A DNA stretch of 11,895 nucleotides, from positions 1-11,895 of the forward strand of contig JAQGDQ010000444.1 in NCBI GenBank assembly GCA_030141605.1, written 5' to 3'. The notes beneath the pieces were generated by a model. The model saw nothing but the letters and a program-made list of their open reading frames with translations, had not been told where the DNA came from and did no database searches. Source of the stretch: Tubiluchus corallicola (taxonomy: Eukaryota > Animalia > Priapulida). Numbering within the stretch: the stretch's first letter is position 1; each line of letters starts with the position of its first letter. The translations under genes were made by a program, and so were the position numbers. Of this stretch, positions 1 to 8,451 are shown piece after piece.

Positions 1-904
1 ACAATCTTCTACAGACATCAGTTGCAACCTGTTGAAAGTAATTTTGATACGAATACTTTAATTGATTTGACCTTTCTTTACTAGGCCATTTCACGCCTTT
101 TCTACTTACGTTTAATACATTAAAGACAAAATTGGCGTCTTCTTGAATGGTTTCATATTTTCCGAGAAAATCGTAATGTATGGCACACGGATTACAAAGA
201 GTTATATAAGATTCCCAATGTTCATTTATATGTCTTTGATTTTTAGGTGAACGAGAAGATTTGTCTAACAAAAACAAAATAAATTCATTGAATCTCTTCA
301 TGTCAACACTTCGTCCTTGTTGAAGCTGGATTTTCTTGCGATAAGTCTTGCTTGCATTCAAGTATCTTTGCACATCAGGGACGTTTGACGATCTATTAAC
401 TTTATCTTGAAACGCTGAGACAATTCTATCCAATGGATGTCGCACAAAGAGAAACTTAAAATAACTGCTTAAACGGAACTGTCTTTCTGCTTGAGAATAT
501 TTTCCAAGATGATTCTCGTTTTGTTTATAATGTGCTTCCATTGGACGAATGCTGTTCATTTCTCGGTTTTGTTCCAAAGCTGTCAACATTCGTTTCCATG
601 TAGTTGTAGCAATCTTTGGAATATGACAATACAGCAATTTATACTTATCATTAACTATAATATATTTCAAACTGGACTCAACTGCAGCTGAAATGTTCTT
701 TCTCTTGCAGACTTTGTCAATCAGAGCCAGTCTCTCAGTGTATGAATTAGCTCTGTAGTCGTCTTCGTATGAGTTTTCACGGATGGTATCGAGCTTGTGC
801 TCAGTGAGTCTCGAAACTTTTATTTTGTAGGCGACTAACAATGTTAGTAAACAAACTGCTGTGAACACAAAATTCACTTTTCGAGGAAAACGTAAGGAAA
901 ACAT
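1..904 (-). CDS. Carbohydrate sulfotransferase, HNK-1ST/CHST8-14 family (Sulfotransfer_2; CHST11-like); 3'-truncated by the window edge
   Basis: Manual translation of the minus strand gives 301 uninterrupted codons from ATG at 904 (in-frame TAA upstream at 919-917; context aaaATG) to base 2. It begins MFSLRFPRK, then a transmembrane-like VNFVFTAVCLLTLLVAY. It has the 5'-PAPS-binding motif IIVNDKYKLLYCHIPKIATTTWKRML (core 631-593), the 3'-phosphate motif FKFLFVRHPLDRIVSAFQDK (core 448-401) and the family C-terminal block NEHWESYITLCNPCAIHYDFLGKYETIQEDANFV. The stop lies outside the window, which would explain its absence from the ORF track. The exact orthologue cannot be assigned by eye. Confidence 0.95.
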   Translation of the reverse strand, partial: MFSLRFPRKVNFVFTAVCLLTLLVAYKIKVSRLTEHKLDTIRENSYEDDYRANSYTERLALIDKVCKRKNISAAVESSLKYIIVNDKYKLLYCHIPKIATTTWKRMLTALEQNREMNSIRPMEAHYKQNENHLGKYSQAERQFRLSSYFKFLFVRHPLDRIVSAFQDKVNRSSNVPDVQRYLNASKTYRKKIQLQQGRSVDMKRFNEFILFLLDKSSRSPKNQRHINEHWESYITLCNPCAIHYDFLGKYETIQEDANFVFNVLNVSRKGVKWPSKERSNQLKYSYQNYFQQVATDVCRRL

Positions 905-1123
905 TTTAAAGCAGTTTTATCCGGCCGAAGTGCTAAAACCTGAACTGAATCAATTGCTCTCTGAATGAAGTTGAGCTGCATTTGGTGAGCAAATTTCAAC
1001 TTCTTCTACCCTAATTATGATTAAATAGTTTCACTTCGTAAGAAAAGCTACATTATAGCATGGAAAATCATGAGTTTCACAAAAATTCTTAACCAACAGT
1101 GTGAAATTATTGTTGCTGGAATT

Positions 1124-1151
1124 AACGTGATGTTTCAAACGTGATGTTTCA
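1124..1151. repeat. Perfect 14-bp tandem duplication (AACGTGATGTTTCA x2)
   Basis: Identical copies at 1124-1137 and 1138-1151. Confidence 0.85.
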
Positions 1152-1428
1152 AGACTTTCAAACAAAATCTTAAGCGTTTTCCGTTTTGCACCAACTTTTT
1201 CTTTGCGAAATGTTATTTATAACCGATGCTATATTCTGAAGAACATCCATTAACGACATAGTAATGGATATTATAAAGAAGATTCAAGGTGGCATTATTA
1301 ATCCGCGTTTACCAGACATCGGATTTCTCTCGCATTTTTCTCAAATTTAACGAATTTGTAACGAGTTATAACGTTTGGCTGTATCATGATGATAATCTAT
1401 GTACTCCGCCATAGTGACGTCATTAATC

Positions 1429-1584
1429 TAGTTTTAGCAATTCATGTAATTTACGACGTCAAAATATTTACACGTATGTATTTTGCAAAAAAATGTAGAA
1501 TGCCCGTATCACAATAATAATTTAGTTTTAGTAATTCGCTTAATTTACGACGTCAAAACGTATATATATATTTTGCATAAAATT
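1429..1584. repeat. Degenerate direct repeat (two copies of about 65 bp, 94 bp apart)
   Basis: TAGTTTTAG(C/T)AATTC...TAATTTACGACGTCAAAA...TATTTTGCA starts at 1429 and again at 1523. Confidence 0.75.
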
Positions 1585-1657
1585 TTTTTTGCAATCTATC
1601 AATAAAAAGCATTTGTGAAAATGCATTTATCGAACTTTGGCGTTTAAATAAAACCAG

Positions 1658-2353
1658 ACAATAATTAAATCTCCACATATCGACAAACAATAATTAAATC
1701 TCCACATATCAACAAACAATAATTAAATCTACACATATCGACAAACAATAATTAAATCACCACATATCAACAAACAATAATTAAATCTACGCATATCAAC
1801 AAACAATAATTAAATCTACACATATCAACAAACAATAATTAAATCTCCACATATCAACAAACAATAATTAAATCTCCACATATCAACAAACAATAATTAA
1901 ATCTCCACATATCAACAAACAATAATTAAATCTACACATATCAACAAACAATAATTAAATCTCCACATATCAATAAACAATAATTAAATCTACACATATC
2001 AACAAACAATAATTAAATCTACACATATCGACAAACAATAATTAAATCTCCACATATCAACAAACAATAATTAAATCTCCACATATCAACAAACAATAAT
2101 TAAATCTACACATATCAACAAACAATAATTAAATCTCCACATATCAACAAACAATAATTAAATCTACACATATCGACAAACAATAATTAAATCTCCACAT
2201 ATCGACAAACAATAATTAAATCTACACATATCAACAAACAATAATTAAATCTACACATATCGACAAACAATAATTAAATCTCCACATATCAGCAAACAAT
2301 AATTAAATCTACGCATATCAACAAACAATAATTAAATCTCCACATATCAACCA
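1658..2353 (+). repeat. Minisatellite: 24 head-to-tail copies of a 29-bp unit ACAATAATTAAATCT(C/A)CACATATC(A/G)ACAA
   Basis: Units start at 1658, 1687, ... 2325 with an exact 29-bp period, no indels and no spacers. Variation is mostly at unit position 16 (C/A) and 25 (A/G). The plus strand is almost free of G. Confidence 0.97.
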
Positions 2354-2360
2354 ACACACC

Positions 2361-2597
2361 AGGGTTTGACAAAACGAGAAGAGAAGTGGTCGTGGAGAAT
2401 TCACTGACACCTCGGTAGATCCCTAAAAAAGATTTCCCTCATTGTCGACAACAAAAAGAGGGTTTGGTACCGACGATGATGGCGAGAGAAGTGGTCACAG
2501 AGAATGGCCGGCGCCGCCTCGTCGCGAGAGAAGCGGTCGTGAAGAATGGCCGGCACAGCGCCTCGTTAGAGCCCCAGGAAAAAGATTTCCCTCATTG
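2361..2597. repeat. Diverged GC-richer nested direct repeats
   Basis: GAGAAG(T/C)GGTC...GAAT occurs at 2381, 2486 and 2528. Copies 1 and 3 end in identical AAAAAGATTTCCCTCATTG (ending at 2444 and 2597). AGGGTTTG precedes copies 1 and 2. Confidence 0.75.
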
Positions 2598-2690
2598 CTG
2601 GACGATTCCATTATCCACCGCGGAGGGGTGGGTTGGAGGAGTTTCCCTAACCCCCGGGCAGGGTCCCCAACCCCCTACTAGATCCGCCCC

Positions 2691-2749
2691 CTAATTAGCA
2701 GAACAATAACTAATTAGCTAAAACAATAGACTAATTAGCATAACAATAG
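2691..2749. repeat. Three ~20-bp tandem units CTAATTAGC..AACAATA
   Basis: Copies start at 2691, 2710 and 2731; each contains the palindrome CTAATTAG. Confidence 0.8.
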
Positions 2750-2846
2750 CTATTAATTGGGCAATTAAGAGTAATTAAATCACGTAAAAAGAGACAATCT
2801 GGACTACTTTCGGCTAGTCCTATATATTGATTTCTGTGCTGTCGTT

Positions 2847-3460
2847 GGTTATATGGGTTTATATATAACCTGCGAGGCTACAGCTCCGACGACGGCACCA
2901 TTTTCGGCGATCTATATGTCAAGCAAAAGGTCTCTACACTTTGGGGGATAATTTTTCGAATCGGAACCATTGAGAGGAACGGGAGGCGAAAAACCTCCAA
3001 AAATGGCCATTTTTCGGCTGAAAATTATACCTCTTATCTTTACAGATCCGGAATGGGCCGCGGGTGGTGCCGGTAATTATTGATAGCCATTCAACGGTGG
3101 GTGTAATATCTAGATTTCACGGGACGGCCACGGCGTCCCGTGGCGGGCGTTTTCCCGGACGAAATCACGCAAATTTTGCTAAAACTGCTCAACCACACTC
3201 TAGGAAACTCAATTTGTGCAACTGTGTTGGCATGTTGGGTAAAAATAAGCATCCCCGCAGTAAAAGGACGAAACGCTCTATACAATGCTATGGCATCATT
3301 GGAGAGAGGTCCACCAGACGAAACGGAAAGGGTGTATTTCGAGGTTTTTTCTACCCCCTGTGCTGCACTCAAGTTGGAACATCCATTGTCTTTGAGATTG
3401 AGAAATTACGAGGCATTTTTGTCACGAGCTGTCATTCTACTGTGGTATAGATTTGACATG
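2847..3460. mobile_element. Possible transposon-derived (MITE-like) interspersed sequence; class and ends unknown
   Basis: CpG-rich segment within AT-rich DNA, with hairpins GGTTATAT/ATATAACC (2847-2870) and CACGGGACG/CGTCCCGTG (3118-3142). Its overlapping short ORFs have no recognisable domain. No TIR or TSD was identified. Confidence 0.25.
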
Positions 3461-3607
3461 TAAGTTTTGTTAGCTTATTTTCATCTGAGAAGCAGCAAAC
3501 AAAACTATGTAGGATGTCCGTGCATTGTTGATCAGTGGTAGACAGACTAAGAGCATTCATTATAGCACACAGTTTCAATTTTGTGCGAAATGTTTTGCGT
3601 GGTTTAG

Positions 3608-3890
3608 CTATGATGCAGTGCTGTTGGTGTTGGTGCTGTAGGTGTCGTCATCGTTGTCGTCATCATCATTATCGTCTTCAACAATACGATTACCATGTGA
3701 TGTTTTGGATATGATGTGGTGGGTGTGGTGAGAGTACTGTGGGTGTTGTGTTTTGGACTGTGAGGTGGGTTGGTAGGGCGTGTATAGTGTTAGTGCAGTA
3801 GTGAGGTTGGTTTGGTGTAGTGTGGTCTGTGTGGTGGGGTGAGGTATTGATAGGGTGGAGTGAGAGATATGGTGCAGATAATGATAATAT
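3608..3890. repeat. G/T-rich low-complexity tract with an embedded (TCA/TCG)n run
   Basis: The plus strand is dominated by GTG/GGT/TGT words, with TCGTCATCGTTGTCGTCATCATCATTATCGTC around 3644-3676. Confidence 0.7.
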
Positions 3891-4128
3891 AGCAAAAAAT
3901 CCTTGCATTATAAAAACCGACATAAAATAATATTGTCTAAAAAATAAAATAGAGCGCACTGATATCAACTGCACCTCTTAAGTTTACCGCACAAGTTTTG
4001 CTTGTTATTATGATATCATACGGCGTCTTACTTTTAGGAAAAATCTAGTTAGTTTTTTCAATTTGCCCTCAACTAATGAAGATGGAAATTTTCACACAAC
4101 ATTATCGTATAATTGACAGCTGTTCTGC

Positions 4129-4196
4129 TGCAGATACTGCTATTTGTCCTGTTGGCTTAACAATGGCTTCTAACAAGTCAAACAGCAGTATCTGCA
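4129..4196. other. 68-nt long hairpin / imperfect inverted repeat
   Basis: Perfect 13-bp outer arms TGCAGATACTGCT (4129-4141) and AGCAGTATCTGCA (4184-4196). Pairing continues inward to a 27-position stem with 3 mismatches and 1 G-U pair, closing a 14-nt loop. Confidence 0.8.
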
Positions 4197-4648
4197 TTTA
4201 AATTTTGTTTTGTTCCAACGGAAGACAGGTTATAAATGTAACGAAGATGCAGCTATTTAGTCTATAGGAAAAATAAAAATTATTGCTTTTGTTCTGCAAT
4301 GAGTCTGGTTTTTGCGTACTCTGTCACGAGAAGTTACTTGTTGAGCAACAACAGCTGCTTAAAAAAATTTATTGTAAATCAGAAAAAAGCGCTTCTGTTT
4401 GGTAGGAATGCATAAGAAATTCAATAATTTGCAGTCACTGCTCTTATTTGTACAGCGCATGATAATGGAAGCTACGCTTGACATACTGTTTACACAAGAG
4501 TAGCACCAAATAATCATGCTGGTCAAAATGCTACTACCTTTACAATTTTCGTGAAAAGTCTGCTGAGCGAAAGACTTCGTTTTATTTTTGCGAAAATACG
4601 TCTTTTTAGTACTTGTAGTATTTCGACTTGCTACTTTCATAATGTAAA

Positions 4649-5923
4649 ATGTATTCTTTGAAAAGGTATCGTGAGATAATAGTTTTAAAAAAGAGAATTT
4701 TTGTAGTGACTTTATTCATTTTGGCGTGTTTTTGTTTTACTCTTTCGAACGTGACTAAAAAAACTGAAACTGAATCAAGGGTAATTTCTCAGGGCACTCT
4801 TTGCCATAATCCCAATTCCTGTATTTGCGCAAAAGTGGAGACTAAATTAAGCAGACTCAGCAAAACCGGAACAACAAAGCTTATCTTACTCTGGAATCAT
4901 TTACACAATCAGAAAGATTTTAGATGGGGATTTGGCAGGAAACCATTTGTTGAGAACTGTCCACTTGATTCTTCTTACTGTGAAACTACAAACAATCGCT
5001 CTCTATTGGCTAAAAGCAGTGCTGTTGTTATTCATCCATTTGATGATTACCTCAAACCCAGTCTTGTAGAAAGACCAGAAGGACAGAAATGGGTTTTGTA
5101 TTTAGCAGAATCACCACATTATACGAAAGCAAATTTAAGCGAATTGGATGGCTTCATACATTGGACAATGACGTACAGATTAGATTCTGATATAGTGTTA
5201 AAATATGGAGATATAATCAGACGTGGTCCGGGAGAGAAATATAAGTTTGGTCAACACAGAAGACACAGGAAGTCTAGACTTGTTGCTTGGTTTGTAAGTC
5301 ATTGTAAAACAAAAAGTTTAAGAGAACATTACGTGTATCATTTGAAAAAGTTCATTGCTGTCGACATATATGGAAGATGTCGAAATGGAAGCTCTAAGTG
5401 GGATTTCAAACACACATACGCGTTTCTGGAAAAGAATTACAAGTTCTATTTAGCTTTTGAGAACTCCGTGTGTTATGATTATATTACAGAAAAAGTTTAT
5501 GCTACGCTGCAGTACGATGTTGTGCCAATAGTTTTAGGTGGAGCAAACTACACCCATTTTCTCCCCACTAATTCCTACATCAATGTGGATGACTTTGCCA
5601 AACCAAAAATGCTAGCAACATTCTTACAAAGTATGACAGAGGAACAATACAGTAAATATTTTTTGTGGAAAATATATCACAGAGCGACTTTGGTGTTTCC
5701 AACTTACAGTAATTATTACAGAATACGTTTAAAACACAGACAAGACTTTTGGTGTGAGTTATGTAAAAAACTTCACATACAAAATTCAACGTTTGAAAGG
5801 AAAGAAGTTGAAAGAGATTACTTTGGTGCCTACAAAGCCTTGAGTGCATGGTGGTATAATGATCAATGTTTTAGTAAGAAATATGCCAACTTAGTCTCAC
5901 TAAACAGCCCGTTTTCTAGCTGA
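4649..5923 (+). CDS. Alpha-1,3(/4)-fucosyltransferase, glycosyltransferase family 10 (GT10), 424 aa, single coding exon
   Basis: Basic cytosolic tail plus a transmembrane segment (KKRIFVVTLFILACFCFTL). GT10 motifs are ILLW, QKWVLYLAESP, HWTMTYRLDSDI, VAWFVSHC and VDIYGRC, the signature YKFYLAFENSVCYDYITEKVYATLQYDVVPIVLG, then NSYINVDDF and the C-terminal WCELCKKLH. Confidence 0.97.
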   Translation: MYSLKRYREIIVLKKRIFVVTLFILACFCFTLSNVTKKTETESRVISQGTLCHNPNSCICAKVETKLSRLSKTGTTKLILLWNHLHNQKDFRWGFGRKPFVENCPLDSSYCETTNNRSLLAKSSAVVIHPFDDYLKPSLVERPEGQKWVLYLAESPHYTKANLSELDGFIHWTMTYRLDSDIVLKYGDIIRRGPGEKYKFGQHRRHRKSRLVAWFVSHCKTKSLREHYVYHLKKFIAVDIYGRCRNGSSKWDFKHTYAFLEKNYKFYLAFENSVCYDYITEKVYATLQYDVVPIVLGGANYTHFLPTNSYINVDDFAKPKMLATFLQSMTEEQYSKYFLWKIYHRATLVFPTYSNYYRIRLKHRQDFWCELCKKLHIQNSTFERKEVERDYFGAYKALSAWWYNDQCFSKKYANLVSLNSPFSS

Positions 5924-6568
5924 GACTAATGTCACTTTAGCAATGATTGTGTCTAGCACTGTAATATTTGTTGTTGTTGACAGAATACAAACATTAATTC
6001 CAATTTTGTCTTTTCCTTTGAACAGCTTGGCATTTCACTGTATCATATTCATACCAGTAAATTTTCCATCAACATACTTGGGCTTTAGCGTCAGTTAACT
6101 TCATTAAATATCGAAAATTCTTATTCCTTCTCCGCCGTGCCTTTCCTTTTTGTGCTGCATAAAAAGCGTGTCTTTTGAGATTTTACTATCTCAGTACCCC
6201 CGCCACCACGCGAGTAAAAAAGTCAACAATGTGCAGTTCACTTGAGTTAACGTTATACCTGTTTTACTGCTGACAATCATTAATAATAACTACAAGTAAA
6301 TAACTGCGCCATTACTTGAAAATTAAGAAACACAGGGGATTCCGACAATGACGATAATGATTCCACGACATTTCCTGCATTTCCATGACAGACCTCTGAG
6401 CATCGGCTACCAATCTGAATGCAACCGCTCGTCACCTTATCGACATCAACCGTGTGATCCATACAGACTTCGATGCAATCCGACGCAGTATGTAGCTGAC
6501 GGAATGTCCCAAAACAAAACTTCAAATCCGCATTGGCTTGCCAACGGTTATTTATTGTGATAAATTAA

Positions 6569-6574
6569 AATAAA
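6569..6574 (+). terminator. Candidate polyadenylation signal (AATAAA) for the fucosyltransferase
   Basis: First canonical AATAAA after the stop at 5923. The variant ATTAAA at 6103-6108 is an alternative. Such hexamers are common in AT-rich DNA. Confidence 0.25.
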
Positions 6575-8451
6575 AGCATTCATTCTGGTGATCATACAAG
6601 ATTATTATAAAATAGGAACTAAATCTAAATATGAAATCATTTATTTAATGTGATGTATGAATTACACAATTTTTACAAACTACAACAATTGTAAAGTAGT
6701 AAAATGCTACATGAAATAGAAATTAAACTAACTTAACTAAACAAAAAATTAATAATCATCATATTAAACTTATGCATATTGGCCAGCCCTGGCATTTAAA
6801 CTTAAAGACATCAGAAAACTGCAGAAACAGGCCACAAGCATTTATCAAATCATTGAATTTGGCTAAATTAAGTATGAACAGATAGCAAACACCTAGACAG
6901 TGTAACAGTCTACTGTCCTACTGACATCTGCATGAAACCAGATTGAATCACCCGAGTATATAAGTACAGGCTAACAAATTTAAAGCAAGAAATTCATTCA
7001 AGGATTAAAGGCCTAAAAGGTGGCAGCACTTGACAGTATCAGTTTATTTATGACCTTTTACGTATTTTAATGTATTTTATTTGGTAATTACAATTATAAT
7101 TGCACACTATAAACACACCCTGTTTACAAAGATGTAAATACATACATATATACAAAAAAATACCATAACATATCTAACATATGTGTAAGCAAATTATTTT
7201 ATTTTATTTACTCATATACCCCACGGCATGGTCCGAAAGCCTAATAGTACCAATTTACAAAAACTGAAGTAAAATTACCGTACCGTTACTATCTCCAAAT
7301 GTCTATTGAACGACTAAATGTATATATGCGGCATATGCTTGTGTAGCGCTGTATATGTATATAATTGTATGTTTATAATTTGTGTGTGTATTGAGTAAAG
7401 TAATTGATTGCGTTGTTTGTGTATAGCTGAATAATGGTGTTTTAGGGATGGCAAAAGTATTAAGACTCAAATTAAGAAACAACACGTTTATTGAGCATTG
7501 AGCACAGTAAATAGCATAACGGATAGTAATGCAAGCTCCCTGATCTGATCTGCCCTGCTCCAGCCTCTGATCTAATCTGATGAGATGCGTGCATCACAAG
7601 GCTTATCTAAGCTACCGTGCGCCAAGCTTCGGTGCATCGAACGCCTACGCTAACTTCGGTTCTGAATCACGTGATGCCACGCCTTAACGGGGTTTCATGC
7701 CAGCATTCCATCAGGATTATTGTTTAGCATAATTTAACATTTTCAACACAATTTAACAGCTTTTCTTTACTCTTCCCTTTCTAATAAAAGTATTTATTGG
7801 CTTGGGGCTGGCTAATTTAAATCTAAAAATTTTACTGAATTGTTAATATATGTTTCACATTGACAAAATCAAATATTCAGCTTAAACATCGAATTAATAA
7901 TATGATGATCGTATACATTTAAATACACAGAATTGGGTGTTACAGTTCAATCGATAATACATACAGCTCATAAAGATAAAGTATATTATGCACATATGAA
8001 ATGTTTGTATGGATGAATAGGCACGGATATGCCAATTTCAAAATATTGTGTATATTAAAAGGTTATAGGTTCCTAAATATTATACGTGTTAAAATATTAT
8101 ACGTGCTAAATCAAATACTAACATTTATAGCAGTAGTTATGCATAAACTACAACAGGTGATAATAAGTTCAAAATATCTATAGCAGCATATAAGTTAAAT
8201 ATATATATAAGTTCAAATCAAAATATGGGGTTAAAATCTATAGTAGCATACGTTAAATAAAGCACATCATTGATCAATTTAAATCATACTGTGGTTAAAC
8301 ATTCAATAAAATTCTACAAAAAGTTTTTTTTGACATGCAATTAAAATGTATCCTTCATCTCTTTGCACATATTATTACACATACTCAGCGTTCATCATGA
8401 GTTATGTCACATTTATGCAGCATCTATAATTATACACATTCAGCATTTATA

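Larger units (their letters stand above)
1260..2826. mobile_element. Candidate non-autonomous DNA element (possibly Helitron/Helentron-derived) carrying an internal tandem array; boundaries approximate
   Basis: Non-coding block with a short inverted repeat near the left end (AATCCG 1300-1305 / CGGATT 1320-1325), a central 29-bp array and degenerate sub-repeats. It has a right-end stem-loop GGACTA-CTTTCGGC-TAGTCC (2801-2820) that contains CTAGT. No matching sub-terminal repeat or TSD was found, so the class is inference. Confidence 0.3.

Noticed and set aside
491-691. 66-aa plus-strand ORF
   Set aside because: It is an antisense shadow of the sulfotransferase CDS and has a non-ATG start.
1658-2353. 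29-bp repeats as a CRISPR array
   Set aside because: The units are directly head-to-tail with no unique spacers, there are no cas genes, and the context is eukaryotic.
2625-2692. Mini-MITE with GGGGCGGATC-type ends
   Set aside because: The right end TAGATCCGCCCC resembles a common MITE terminus, but the left partner (GGGGTGGGTT) matches only 7 of 10 bases and no TSD is evident.
2442-2694. 79-aa and 76-aa ORFs
   Set aside because: They arise from GC-rich degenerate repeats, have TTG starts and contain no domain.
3064-3463. Three overlapping ORFs (128, 93 and 107 aa)
   Set aside because: They overlap on both strands in locally GC-richer, TE-like DNA, with no recognisable motifs and GTG/TTG starts.
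3608-3974. His/Thr/Pro/Asp-rich minus-strand ORFs
   Set aside because: The composition simply reflects the G/T low-complexity tract.
4359-4640. 93-aa minus-strand ORF starting just upstream of the fucosyltransferase
   Set aside because: It has no domain features and lies in the expected promoter/5'-UTR, so it is likely chance.
5580-5849. 89-aa minus-strand ORF
   Set aside because: It is an antisense shadow of the fucosyltransferase CDS.
6280-6560. 81-aa and 70-aa ORFs in a slightly GC-richer patch
   Set aside because: They are short, overlap on opposite strands and show no motif, and no LTR-type ends could be defined.
8075-8105. AAATATTATACGTG repeated at a 17-bp period
   Set aside because: The repeat is real but is an ordinary slippage duplication in AT-rich DNA.
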